Below are positions 35,401-52,000 of a stretch of 64,000 nucleotides of DNA, one piece after another (positions within the stretch are counted from its first letter, which is position 1; the number at the start of each line of letters is the position of its first letter). The stretch lies in contig NW_019091362.1 in the NCBI RefSeq assembly GCF_001949145.1, positions 1,123,838 through 1,187,837 on the forward strand. The letters run 5' to 3'. The notes below the pieces were generated by a model that ran no database searches, was not told where the DNA came from, and saw only the letters and a list, made by a program, of their open reading frames with translations. Source of the DNA: Acanthaster planci (lineage: Eukaryota). Both the position numbers and the translations under genes were made by a program.

Positions 35401-38400
35401 ATATCTTCTCTGGAGGGACTATGAGCGCCGAACTGGACCAAGAGAAGGCTCAATCTTCCTGGCCACAAAGGCTCCTTTGGTGGGAACTGCACTTCACCGG
35501 TCCACAAATGACTATGAAATGCACATGACACACTCCACTCTGTAACAGATGACATCAGCCATTTTGTGCCCTCAGCTGGACACACAATAGCTTCTGACAA
35601 CCATTGACTACACATTATATCCATGTAGTGTCCTGTCCAAAACTACCCTTGTGGACAAAACTCTCCTTGGCTTTTTGGTACTGTGGCATACCAAGTATAG
35701 GGGCTTTGAAGGTAGCAGGTATGAGCAGAGTTAAGTGCCCTATGACTTGTCAGAATGGTTTAATACCTTAGAGAATGAGTCTTCGTCTGTGATATCATAG
35801 ACTAATATTGCCCCATTGCTGTCTCTGTAGTAGATGGGTCCCAGTGCATGAAACCTCTCTTGTCCAGCTGTGTCCTGCAAACGTAGATAAAAAATCAATC
35901 ACAAGAATAATAATAATAGCATTTTGCAACCATAAGTGAAACTGAATTGATAAAAAACTTACCCTTCAAAAATGCTTTCCTAGAAGTAGGAAGCAGAATG
36001 AAGATAATGGAATTAACTTGACGGAGAACATCAATTATTCCCCTGAACCTGTCTCCAAATTCTGTGTCAGTGTCCATCCATTGAATGAGGAGCATAATGA
36101 AATGTGAAATCATTTTTTCAGTTATTATGGCATAAACAAAATACATGCCAGTAATTTCCTGAGAGCAGACATACATGTATACGTACCGATACTATCATTC
36201 TGATTAATAATAATCCAAATGGTTTATATACAGAATGTGTGGCAATGCCTGTATGGTAAGACATGGTGCACAGAGGCAATCTCACCATCACCAACTTACA
36301 TGTAGATCTCAGATCCTTCCAAATTCAGTCTTGAAATGTTTTGCAGAACCAAGGAATATATCGGCAGAGCAGAGCCATTGTTTAGCTCCACAGATGTGAC
36401 AAAAAGTTTAATAATGTGCACTTGGTGTCCTCCACAGTGAACGATTAATGATTTTGAAGGTTTCTAGCAAAAGTAAGATTGTGCCAAAACTACATCCTTG
36501 TGGAATTTGTGTTTAACTTATAAATTGTAAACAGCTCAAGCCCTGGTCAAAAGTGCCACATACATACCACATGAGTATCAGTACAGACTCAAGTTTGATA
36601 GCTAGAAATACAAATTATCAAGCCAAACCCATCAGACCAAAAATGGTATCAGTTGCCGCTTAATACACGGGCAACCAAATGTACTGAGTGTGGGCCTGAT
36701 TTTTGAACTTTGACCTTTTCAAAGATCCTTATCTAGGGTAGCAGTATTAACCAGTTACATTGCATACTCACCCATATTGCTAAATTAACTCTTTTGCCAC
36801 CAATGTTCAGCCTCTTGTTGAGGAAGGATGCCTGAAATTTGAAGCAGATCATAAAGAAATGTCAGAAATGAGGTTTACTTTTAAAATGTTCAGTACCTAA
36901 AAAATGCTGCATCTATGGTTGAGAGGCAAAATGCATGCACATGTATACCTTGCAACCACATTGTGATGATCATTTGGGCTTTCTGTAGTTGAGAGGCAAA
37001 ATGCATGCACGTGTATACCTTGCAACCACATTGTAATGAACATTTGGGCTTTCTGTATATATTTTTGTTTAGTTGGTGTTAGTGTTAAATTCCAACTTTG
37101 TCTACTGCCCCAAAAGTTCAGTGCCTACTGAACTGGACTACTCTCAAAAGTGGTCAGAAAGCAAAACTTTATCAAGCAAAAGAGCACAAGCAAGCACGAA
37201 GTATCAAGAAATTATACTGGAAATAAAGAAAAGGAAGTGGAAAAATGCAAGAGGAAAGGAAAAGAGGAGAAAGCAAAATCTGTGGACTGTAGTGATATCA
37301 GACCAAATGATAAAATAAATGGCTATCTAGGTAGTCCAACCATGACACAAAAACCTTCAACAAACTGGCCACAGCCCAGTTTGTGCAATGTTTCCCTGTA
37401 TATTATATTCTTCTGGATTCCAAACCAATTCACGCAAGTTGGGCATGTCCAATCGAATCAAAATGTCAACAAAATTGGGCATGCCCAAAGTAGGCACTGA
37501 ACTTTTGGGGCAGCAGACAAAGTCAGAATTTAACACTAACACCAACAAAACAACAGCATCATGTCATCACGAATCTCAAATCATTTAAGTGAATGTTACA
37601 CAGTCCTACCACCAGATCACCAATGCAATGTCTGAATGTCTTTGGCGTGGCCTACCACAGGGGGTGTTTATTACCTTTAGCACCCTGTTCCTATAATGAG
37701 GGAACAAACTCTACTTTGAGGGAATAAACTCTACTTTTTCGAAACAGCTTATCTAAACAAGTTGTCGGTGATGTTGGCTTTTGGTTTTCGAGAGAATTTT
37801 TTGGGGAAAATGACAGCATACATGACCGCCCAGAAAAGCTGTGAACGATGACAAATTAGTGAATGTAGTCTGGCTCCTTGACCTTGATGGAGATATGTTT
37901 TGATGAATCCAAAATGCTCGAGTCGGGTAACCAGACGAGAAACAAAATGGCGTAATCCAACAGAGCAGTTGTCTTTTGCCAAAGTCGGGTTAGAAACTTA
38001 AGGTTTTCTTACTTAAATATTGTCAAAATTTACTTAAACTAGGCCTATCAGGTTTGAGTAATGGTCCTTTCAGGTCAAAATTTTAGTTTGAGAAAATGGA
38101 CTTTTGTTTCCTTATTATTGGAACAGGGTTCTAAGGTAGGCCTAATGAATACCCCATGGGGGCCTACTAAAAAAATAGGGGGTCTGTGAATTTGGGGACC
38201 CCAAATTTTTGTCATTTTAATCTGTGCAAAACTGGTCATTCCCCGTAAAACCAATGGCAAAACTGTCTGACCTGCCCTGACCCTGTTTTTTGGGAAATTC
38301 CAAATTGTAAATTGTAAGAAAATGTGACTTTCCTTCTGAGAAACCAACCATGCAAATTTGACTCTACCACGTGTCATGTGTTGAAACACCCACAGCTTCC

Positions 38401-38831
38401 CCTAATATTTTCCCTCAAAACCCTGCTCTCTTTTCACAACATCAACCCTACAGTTATTGAGCATGATTTCACAGTCATCTAACAAGGGGAATCCAAAAGT
38501 TAAAATGTAGATGTCCCTTCGTTACAGGAACAGGGTCCCCAAATTCACAATCCTCTAAATTTTCCACTAACAAAACACCATGGCATTGCTCATGGTCCTG
38601 GTCCGAACTAACTGCACACAGGCCTAGCCCTAGTTACATGAAGGTCATTCTGCAATAGCCAGTAAAATTGAGAAGTCTCAAAACCAGGAAATAATTTACC
38701 TGTAATGTTGAAAGGTGTTTGTCGTTGAATTTGTTTTCAACATAACGCAGTACAAGTGACGTTTTCCCCACACACCCCTCGCCAAGTAAGACGACTTTGA
38801 AATTCTTGCCTCCTCCACCCCCTGTCGCCAT
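32500..38831 (-). CDS. RAB21: Ras-related protein Rab-21, 212 aa
   Basis: Exons 38831-38700, 36831-36772, 35874-35767, 35296-35233, 34711-34657, 33971-33883 and 32630-32500 (639 nt). Motifs [71 protein letters not shown], and C-terminal GSCCS* (prenylation). Confidence 0.97.
36918..37057. repeat. Direct tandem duplication, 2 x 70 bp
   Basis: gttgagaggcaaaatgcatgcac...catttgggctttctgta starts at 36918 and again at 36988, with few substitutions. Confidence 0.9.
37072..37546. mobile_element. MITE with about 58-bp TIRs in RAB21 intron 1
   Basis: gttggtgttagtgttaaattc..actttgtct.ctgccccaaaagttcagtgcctact pairs with its reverse complement at 37489-37546. The internal gttgggcatgtccaa motif also occurs at about 7897. 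Confidence 0.75.
38140..38604 (-). repeat. Interspersed repeat, uninterrupted copy of the family at 407-1100
   Basis: Collinear reverse-complement similarity to 407-480 and 715-1100. Confidence 0.7.
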
Positions 38832-38996
38832 TTTTTCAGGGGAAATTTGAGTCAGTACTCCTTATAAACACTAATAATGATTTGTGGGTGTTCAAAATCT
38901 TCACTGAAATCTTCCAATCGGGGCACTTTCAACTGTGATTATCACACTCGCTCAGGATACGTTCCCGACTTCTTGCATGTTGAACGAGTTCAGTCA

Positions 38997-39042
38997 CAAG
39001 ATGGCGGCCTCCCTTGTTAATGTGACGTCACTGGTCACATGA
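38997..39042 (-). promoter_or_regulatory. RAB21 promoter: YY1, CRE and CLEAR/M-box-like sites
   Basis: CAAGATGGCGGC at 38997-39008, TGACGTCA at 39023-39030 and GTCACATGA at 39034-39042, about 170-210 bp upstream of the ATG. Confidence 0.6.
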
Positions 39043-39760
39043 AGCTGTTTCATTGACCCGGGGCTGGGACACAAGGCGTTCGTTTCGACGCAGTACTTGG
39101 CAATGGACACGATGATTTATTGTTGTAGTGAATGCCCCCATTTGATTGAAGTGTGTTTGCAGCTGGGAAGAAGTCACTCTTTCCCTCACAATAAAATCAA
39201 TTTTTGGTGGAGACCTCGCTCCCTCTGCGGTCTGCATAAATAGGGGGCGCTGTGCTAGTCTACAGGTACTGCTGAAAGTTCACAATTCAGCATCAAGGAC
39301 CCCCCCAAACTATTTCGAAAACAATCGACTTCAGTCAAATTGCATGCCGAGCGCATCAGCGAAGCATTTCATGACACAGCAACCAGAAACAAACACTCCT
39401 AGACTTTCAAAGTTTATTCTTAAAAATAATCACATCTGACACTTCATTACACATCACTGACTTCAAACTCCTTAGAACTATACTTTAGCGACACATGCAC
39501 TTTCATATTGCAAGGGACAGTTGTTAATATGATAATCACCAAACTTGTTTGAATGCAGTGACGAGAAATGGATTGGATTTACTGGTGAATGTGACTTGAA
39601 GGGTTCATGGACAAGTCTCCTCATGACAAACAGGACATACTATTTGGACTGCTTGGAACCGGACAACCCACCATCAAAGAGACTCTAGATCAGTGGTGCT
39701 TCACCACAAATGCCTGTATAGGTGGTATCTTTTCATATTCCATAGACAGGGTGGGTAAAT

Positions 39761-40546
39761 GTGAAGTGGCAGACAACCTATCACATCGTTTTTTTTCGTT
39801 AATTTTTAACAAGATGCAACTGTAGTAGTAGTTGCATTACAATACACTTAGACTTTTACCAAAATGTGGTGAGGTCTCACTGTAATGTACAGTAAACTGC
39901 ATTTTTTTTTGAGGAAGGGCATCACAGTGAAGTGGCAGACAACCTATCACATCGTTTTTTTTGTTAATTTTTAACAAGATGCAACTGTAGTAGTAGTTGC
40001 ATTACAATACACTTAGACATAATTTTCCATTTTTCTTTCTCTTTTAACAGAAATTTGGATACTTGTCACTCAATTGAGAAAAGAAAGGAAATTCAACATT
40101 CATAAGACTTTCTGCATGTCTTCAATGTTTCAATGGTAATACATCAACAAAATGAAAGGAAATGAGGTGAGTCAAAAGGGGAACTACAATCTCCACAGTC
40201 TCATCATGAAGTGATTTATCTGAAGTACGCATACCCCTTATTTGCCGCATCATAAATTGAATGCTCAGAAACTGCATGAGTACCATGGGCCCTAAGTCCA
40301 TGATGTGAACTCAAGTCAAACTCAAATCTGTTGCGTGGGTGTGCTCAAGTCGATTCGTGCATTCATGCTATCATCTCTGCCAGAACCCTCCCTGGCTTGA
40401 CTACCACGACACGTACTTGAACTTTGTGAACTCAGGACTTCTATTGTTATCTGTTAATATTTTGAGGGCTTTTACCAAAATGTGGTGAGGTCTCACTGTA
40501 ATGTAGAGCAAACTGCATTTTTTTTAGGAAGGGCATCACAGTGAAG
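39761..40546. repeat. A-B-A...B local duplication (templated insertion)
   Basis: Segment A at 39761-39853 and 39927-40018; segment B at 39853-39932 and 40469-40546. Confidence 0.9.
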
Positions 40547-41261
40547 CCATGCAACGTTTTTGCCAAAAAATTACAAATACTGAACAACTGTGAAATAATT
40601 GATTTCACAAAATATGCAGTGCCTGACGTTGATTTGTGAGAGTTAAAACAATTTGTTGCCTGGTTACCAATACATGCATGCACACCATCTGAATGGGTCA
40701 AAACATGTAAACATTAATAAGGTATACTTACTAACCATGTCCTTGCAAAAAAATACTTTAAAAACAAACAAACCCAATTCTTTATCGCATAATACACTGG
40801 GATGAGTTTGTTAACCTGACAATGATGGCTTTGGTTCATCAAATGAAACCAGATGCAAAAAGACCGGAAATAATAAATATTACTGAGGACTTGTAGGTAA
40901 AGAATGCACCTAGGGTACTGGAAAATGGGGAAAATGCACTCAAAAGAAAAAAAATACTTTGCAAGCATGTACGCTGTGCACATTCTTTAACACATGAATT
41001 GGCTGAAGGTTTGTGCACATTCTGCTGAAAATCAGTTGTTGAATGTTACACAGTGTTCATGTGTAGAACTTGACTTCATGCGTCTGCCCACAGCGCACAA
41101 AAAAGCTCATGCACAGGGCCTATAGTACTTTGAAGAATATTTTGTTTGCTGGCAATCATCAGTTTGAATAATAACCCAAATCACATCTCATTATATATGT
41201 TGCCACTCTGCCTCTACGATTGCTCAGTCTTGAAGAAACCCTCTAGCCTGGTCGTCACTCG

Positions 41262-43954
<2,693 letters not shown>

Positions 43955-46039
43955 GACTGATCCTGAACGTGCGCGGTACCCAGAGCTCACAAACGAACAA
44001 CAATGCAACTTGAAATATTTGAAATGGGTCGCTGACTGACTGGATGGCCGCACTGCGGTAATTTTCTGCTGCGCCCGCTGCGCTGCACGTAGGCACGTAC
44101 CTGCACACTTGCACCTTGTACCTCGCTCGTTGTTACAAAGGGTGGGCGTGGGCGGATTTTGGATGTTGTTGCGTGGAGGAAGGGGGGATTATGATTAAAG
44201 GTCAAACAAATTTAAGACCCAGCACAAGGGGAAATAAAAACTCTGCTGGCAAACGATGTCAACACACATATATCCCACCATCAAAGGCAAGAAACAGATA
44301 CGTGTGTGTGTAAGAAAAACATCTGTTCATGATCAAATGTTTAATGAATACACACCAGGCAGTGTAATATACATGTATGCCAAAAGTGCGCATTAAATGT
44401 TCAATTTGTACATGTTACAGATGTTAGGCTCACATGTAAGACAGTTTCTACTTCACTTAACTTTCCAACGTAAATCCATCCATTAACAGTGATCAACTTA
44501 TCGGTCAACTGTTTGCATTGACTAAAAGACTGGCCGACCAATCCACAGTACAATCGTACTGCCGACCAAAACAAACACAGATGGACCAACCCACTAAAAA
44601 CAGACAGCCAGCCTCACGCTGACAAACAAAATGACAAGAGAGGCATTTCTAGGCACATATCACCGACATTTTAATAAGCAGGGTTCACAGTTATATTTTG
44701 CTATACAAATACGATAGCAATTTGTTAAAATAGATATGTTTTCATTTCTGGAAGATGTTACTATTGTACATGTTACATGTATATACAAAATACCATAAAA
44801 CGACAGATATTTATTGAATGTGTTGTCTTCTAAATGTATTCCTTTGATCCCTAGTGTAGCCACAACTATATTCTCTGTAACGTATCTCTCTGTTACACCA
44901 TTTCACCCACATAAACACACAGCATACATGAACTTGAAAATCCTATTAACGCCAGAAGATCAGTATCCTGACTTAATACAGGCATGAAGAAAAGAAAACT
45001 GCAAACAGAATGTGACAGTCGTGTTTGTTGGGAAGGTATCGTTTTGGTTCATTCTCATAGCAGCTATTTTTTGTATCGGTAGACTAGTCCCCTATCCTGA
45101 AAGGAGTTTCAAAAGTCTGGTAAGAAAAGATTTGCACTGCCAATATACTGGGAAAAACCTTTTTAAAAAGACTTAAGTCTTGAAATAAATAAACAAGTCA
45201 AATTTCACTTATTATGTGCATGATTACATTATACTCACACTGTCCAAAACATATCCATGCTCTCCATCTCATAGCCGTGTATTTTCAACCCACTTTCACA
45301 GTTAGGTTCAGGCACATGACAACATTAATGACATTAACGGTAATCCTCTGCAGCCTTCAAAAGCCGACAGCTTTTAGACTATGACGGTTCCAGAAAGGAC
45401 AAGCAGAAATGGCTAGGGAGTTAAAATTAAAGGGACCCGCACGATAATGGGAAAGCCACAGTCCATGACTGATGGCCGTCTCCAATGAATGCAACTGTGA
45501 CATAGGCATCTCCAACTACCAATCACTAAACTTCAAATCCTGCCTGATTAGCCATGTTGCCACATTCATTAGAATAATAAGCACCTCCCTCTCTAAACCT
45601 GAGGTATCATTTCTTCCCAAAGGACACCTACACCCCTTATACTGTTTCGGCAAAATCTGGTTTTAATACTCTTTTACTAATAGCTGGAAAATACAACACT
45701 GGAAAAAAATGAAACAGGACTCTCCCGCTTGCAACTTATTGGACGCCAGTTTGAACTCTTACAGGATGACTGAACGTAAGAAAAGAAGTCACCACTAACT
45801 TGAATGTTGAATAAAACCAACTGGCTGGCATGTCAGTACTCCCCTGACAAACTCCCATCCTCGTCCCGGGCAGTCTGCTTATCATAGCAACAGTACTCTC
45901 TCTTGCAACTGTAGCCAATCTCTGCATAACTTAGGTGGTTTGAAGTTTCTCGTGCTACTTGCCTCGCATGTTAGTTCAACATAAGTGTGAATACTAGAAC
46001 CAGGTTCAAGAACAGCAAATGCTGATGACGATGACTTAA

Positions 46040-49000
46040 CTAGTCTTGGAGAAGATGCCTTGATATAACTATTCTCATCACCTCGCTTGTACCTGGCAAA
46101 GGACAAAGAAATCAAACGATGACCTCATTGATGTTTGATAATCAGTTAAAGCTTATCCCTATCCATTCTGAGTCCAACAAGCATGTGCATGTTTCAATGG
46201 TCCCTGGGGAATAAGGTTAAGATAGGTGTGTTATACAGGTTATCTAACTAACTCATATATGTTTCGTTAAAATTAAACATTTTTACAAGCTTTCGGGATG
46301 ATGCTTGCGGACAAGAAACTTCTTTTTGTTGCGATGCAAACAGTTGGCTTAATTGCATCTGTCCCCCGCCAGCAGACAATTTATCATTAACCATTTCAAA
46401 GACAAAAGCTGGTAGATAATGGCAAAAGATAAAATTGAGACGCATTCTAGCCCTGCCAACAATTACCTTCTAAAATTTCATGAACCCTGATGTCTCTCAG
46501 GTATTGTTGGATGGGGTAATCTTTTAGATATCCATAACCTCCAAACATCTGTAGTGCTTCATTACAGATCTGGAAAAAAAAGCAGGTACAATTTCTCATT
46601 TCTTACCAGGAAAAAAAAATCCTGCATAATTCACAGCTCAAAAATCACTTGCCAAATCTATAATTCTAAAAGAAAAAAGCTTTTTCAAAGTTCAACTTCA
46701 TCTTTTTCAATGTTAACTTCATCGAACAATGCAAATCTTTGAAGAAAGCTGTCCACAATGCTTTGGGTTTCCTTCGCAGCACTATGATAGAAGTTAACCG
46801 TTCCCAGCACCATTAACAGAGAGAGTGGTTGTTTAAAACTCAAGATGCAATCATTTCTTCACTTCAAATGTCAGGTCACNNNNNNNNNNNNNNNNNNNNN
46901 NNNNNNNNNNNNNNNNNNNNNNNNNNNNNNNNNNNNNNNNNNNNNNNNNNNNNNNNNNNNNNNNNNNNNNNNNNNNNNNNNNNNNNNNNNNNNNNNNNNN
47001 NNNNNNNNNNNNNNNNNNNNNNNNNNNNNNNNNNNNNNNNNNNNNNNNNNNNNNNNNNNNNNNNNNNNNNNNNNNNNNNNNNNNNNNNNNNNNNNNNNNN
47101 NNNNNNNNNNNNNNNNNNNNNNNNNNNNNNNNNNNNNNNNNNNNNNNNNNNNNNNNNNNNNNNNNNNNNNNNNNNNNNNNNNNNNNNNNNNNNNNNNNNN
47201 NNNNNNNNNNNNNNNNNNNNNNNNNNNNNNNNNNNNNNNNNNNNNNNNNNNNNNNNNNNNNNNNNNNNNNNNNNNNNNNNNNNNNNNNNNNNNNNNNNNN
47301 NNNNNNNNNNNNNNNNNNNNNNNNNNNNNNNNNNNNNNNNNNNNNNNNNNNNNNNNNNNNNNNNNNNNNNNNNNNNNNNNNNNNNNNNNNNNNNNNNNNN
47401 NNNNNNNNNNNNNNNNNNNNNNNNNNNNNNNNNNNNNNNNNNNNNNNNNNNNNNNNNNNNNNNNNNNNNNNNNNNNNNNNNNNNNNNNNNNNNNNNNNNN
47501 NNNNNNNNNTAACATTTTGCACCAAAGCTTGACAAGAATGGGAGAAACGATTCGTAAAAATCCATTTGCCAACAAGCTTCTGAATAATGGTGTAGTGCTT
47601 CAACTAAGTTTACTGAAGCATTTATTTGAGCCCCAAAAATAACTGAATCGCTCAGACAGAAAAAAAAAGAGAAAAGCAATTGAGCAAGAAAAAAATAACT
47701 TCTTACCCATGAGCACCTCTGGGTAGAAAAGAGTTTCGCCATGGAACAGAGAGCAACTGCATCTGGAGAACTCTCCTGTAGCGCCCTCGCTGCGTTACGC
47801 ACCATCAGACGAGAAGCGACTAACTCACTGGCCATCTCAGCTAATCTGAATTGCAAATACTGAAGGAAGATTTAAACAAGTGCTCACTGATTTTATATTT
47901 ATGAAAGGCAAAAAAATATCCTCCGACATCTTGTGAGCAAACTGCTGAGCCTCGCTGTACTTGACCTGGAACCCACAACTTCAGAGCAACTAGGGAATTT
48001 CAACTGACTAAGCTTATTCAGGTAGCCTAGCTGATTTAAATGATAACTAAAAGACAAGTCACAGGTGCATGCGCCGAACTCAAAAGATGGAATCTTTTGA
48101 TGACAAGTAATTTACAATTTCGAACAGTTCAAACTCATGCTCAGGTTGCATTTGAGTATATCTATACGGACTTGCAGTCTAGCGGTAAGACCATTACGGC
48201 AATGCTTTTATATGAACAGGATGTGAAGATGATTACTAGGAAGAGTTTGCAATAAAAATATGAGAAATAATGCTCCATTTCTACATGTGACATTTTAGTT
48301 TTACAACAGGCTCCACAAACACAATTCCTCACGAAGGAATTGAGCTTCAGTTTACAAACACTGGAATCATTGGGCAAAAAAAAAGTCTGCGGTTTCTGGT
48401 CACCGTGCGTGTCACCGTAGACCTACATGTCAGCAAAATAAAGAATTTTTTATTTTGCATAAAACGGATTCCAAAAGCCGGCAAACTTACTTGATCGGAA
48501 TTCTGCTACCACGTAATTTGAACATGTTTTTGATGGGTGGGGTTGAGTAATATGTACGATAAAGGAATCCCCTTAGGCCTCTGTTTTTAAGAGACAAACA
48601 AGCCTTATATGTGACTCAGCACAGATATCAGAAAGAAAACTAGAACCATGGAAAATGTGGGATTCTGCCAACAGGAAACTCATGAGGCAGCTAACTCACC
48701 TGGAACTGATCTAGCGTTTTACCAAACTGTTTACGGACTTTGAGGTGATCCCTGGCGGCCTCTATGCTGGCCTGAGCGGCACCTAATGAACAGGAAGCAA
48801 TGCTGAGACGGCCTCCATTCAAGCCTGAAAATAGCAACACAAAAAACCTGGGATCGAGCTTGAATTTGGGGGAGAAAGTTCTGGGCAGATTCTATGAGGG
48901 GCAGGTTTTTGGACCTTCTCACAGCCAGGGTGGGGGCAGTTGATTGTATAATGATCGATTCTTTTGAAACATGCCTTGCCTATAAAAACATCAATTATAA

Positions 49001-52000
49001 TATTTCTGGTTATGGTTATTCATAATAAATACTCTCACAAGAGTCAGTCAGTGTAAAACAAAATCAGTGAAAAAAGTTGACACTTTTAACAGATTGTTTT
49101 TCAAATGTATTTGCATGAAAATTGTGTCTGCTTTTTGTAACACTTGTTTCAAATTATAACAAGACAAAAGAGAAAAGGAAGGTGAAAAGTGAAGGCTTGG
49201 TACCCTGAAAACAAGCAGAGAAACAATGTTTCGGAAAACTGGGAGATAGTGATGGGTACACTTCCCCCTTGCTCCTAGGTGCTTTGTGGGGTGAGAATCG
49301 TTGCCTAAATTGGGTCATGGACAACATCTACCATATCAACACATGTACACGTGGTGTGCCAAATTCACTGGTACCTTGCATAGCAATTTGGAAACCGTCT
49401 CCCTCTTTACTGAGTCGATTTGACACTGGTATCCTGCAGTCTTCCATGATCACCATCCGCGTAGGCTGTGAATTCCAACCCATCTGAAAAATGGAAAAGT
49501 AATGATTATTAAAATCTATACAAGAATGACAAAAGAACCCTTTCTGCATGTACACGGTCACTTGCTTTTTCTGATGCACCAAAGAGTTGTGTGGGGAAAT
49601 ATACATTTGCAATGGTTTTTTTAATCAGTGGTATATATCTAGAATTACAAAGAATTTCTGAGTGAGATGAAGACTGAATGTGAGGGTTGCAGAAATGGCT
49701 AGCCTTGGTGGATTACCAGCAGCTAAGCTGAATACGTTTAACATGATGGGACGTTTAACTGTTTGGAGGGTACTTAGCAGTATTGCTAAGTGTCTAAGTA
49801 TTGCTAAGTATTTTCAGATCTGAAACTGCAACCAGGGCAGTCCTCTCTGAATCACGAAGATGTGGAGAAGGATTAGCCTCTCATCAGAGAAATGAGGTAA
49901 TAATTGGACGGTCAACCCATAGCTTAAGACAAACGCATTCAGAAAAACTTTAGAACAACGAGGTTCCGTACCTTCTTTTCTTTCTTGCCGAAGCTAAGTC
50001 CCGGTGATCCTTTCTCTACCATGACACATGATATTCCCCTGGGGCCTGCCTCACCCGTTTTGACCATCATTACATATACGTCAGTGTCACCACCTCCGCT
50101 TATGAATGCCTGAATAGAATGAGCAGAGTAATTTTATTCTGATACTGCATATTGTATTTCTGCTAAATGATGGAAACTCTACCATTTGTAAATGCTAAAG
50201 GAAATCACTCTTGTGTTATGGCAAGAAGCCTGAGCAACTTTAGAAGGGAAGGTTCTGACCTTAGCAAAAAGTCACAGAATTTATGACTATCCTTTGACAT
50301 CTCACCTTTGACCCATTCAAGACATAGTGGTCACCATCTTGTCGTGCCGTGGTTGACAAGGATGCAGCATCGCTACCACTGCCTGGTTCCGTCAGGCAAT
50401 AAGAGGCTAGCTTCTCCATGGAGCACAGGCCTGGGAGGACGGCATGTCTCTGGTCTTCATTGCCGAATGTATCAATCATCCAACAACACATACTACCATG
50501 ATTTAAAAATGGTCAAGACAAAAATAAATTTTAAGGCTAGGTCAATGCAAATAAATGAATATTTGGATATTTGACCTTCCAATTGATTTAAGATTCAAAT
50601 CTTTGGTTGTTTCAAACTCCCAACAAGAAAGCAGCAACAATGTTTGTGCGGGGATCCACCTCAATCAGTGTCAAGATAGCGTCCTTCCCCTTGTTAAAAA
50701 AAACAGGCCGAGAATCAACCTGTCGCTCAGTCCTAATTAGGTATTGAGCCCCTTAACCCTAACACTCCTCAATCCTTCACCTGATGGAGGACTGAAGACT
50801 GTTAGGGTTAATGACAGCGATTCAAAAAGATGTTCACAGAGATATTTCTTTTAACACTCATGTAGAAATGCAAAAGAAGAAGAAATGCCAAAGTGATTAA
50901 TTTCATGTACTGGTCTGTCTCGTACATCATAGGAAAATGTTGACACCATCTGAAATTTTGGACCCATGCAGAAGATGTTAGGACACTTTTTTGTAATCAA
51001 AATATAATTATGACTGCTCAAACAAAATAATTTACAAGTCACCAGTGCTGTGATTCTATTCACTCATGGGATTCGTAAATTTGGCTGTCAACCTGAGTGA
51101 TATGTCAGAAGTAAAGAGACAGATACACTCTTGTAATGCATTTGACAAAAAGCACAAAATATACTAAAAGCTCATCTGTATGGGACTTCATCAAAATTGA
51201 CATTTAGGTTGAGTTTGAGCAGCTTGTTCTCGGCAGATTGGCAGCGTCCATGTACATTCTTGGAGAGCTAATATTTGGGTATCTGGGCAGAATTCTTTTG
51301 TATAATAGAACATTCATTTCTGTGTTACGGAGAATTATTTATGATTATTTTGCAAAACTTCCCATTGTCTCCAGCTTGGAATAAAAACCATCTCACCATT
51401 TTGGGGGGCTGTTAAAAAATCAAAATCTCACAAGTTTTTCTGTGAGTTCCTTTAAAACTCTGACGAGGAGGTGGTGTGTGATCTGGTTCCGAGAGGCAAG
51501 AACAAGAAACCTGTGTTAAGAACTGGCCGCTCAAACTCGACCTTACAGTCTTTGGTACTGCACACTTACTTGTGAATGGTGATGTACGCTGTTGTACTAA
51601 CACATCCTTGGGATAACGCCTCGTATATGACAGAAGAATCTAGGCGAGTCAATCCTGAACCACCGACATCCTCCTTGACAACAACACCCCCAAATCCAAG
51701 ACTACCTGCCTTACGTAGGACATCCACAGGAAATATTTCCTAAGGGGTGAAGTAGACAGAACTCTATTCAGTAATCAGTTGTTCTCAGCCCAAAACTGCA
51801 ACAGATGATGTATAACCCCAGATTTCAGACTCTCTAAACTGTTTAAAGGATTTATCTTGTCTGGCTTTCCCAAGCATGTACAGAATGAATAATTTATGAT
51901 TACCGTGTCCAGAGGGAAACACTTTTATCTTCAAGCACCTGTCTGGCCAATTTTTAACCTTTTGGTAATGCGTAGCTGTGCCAAAATATACAGTTTCTAC

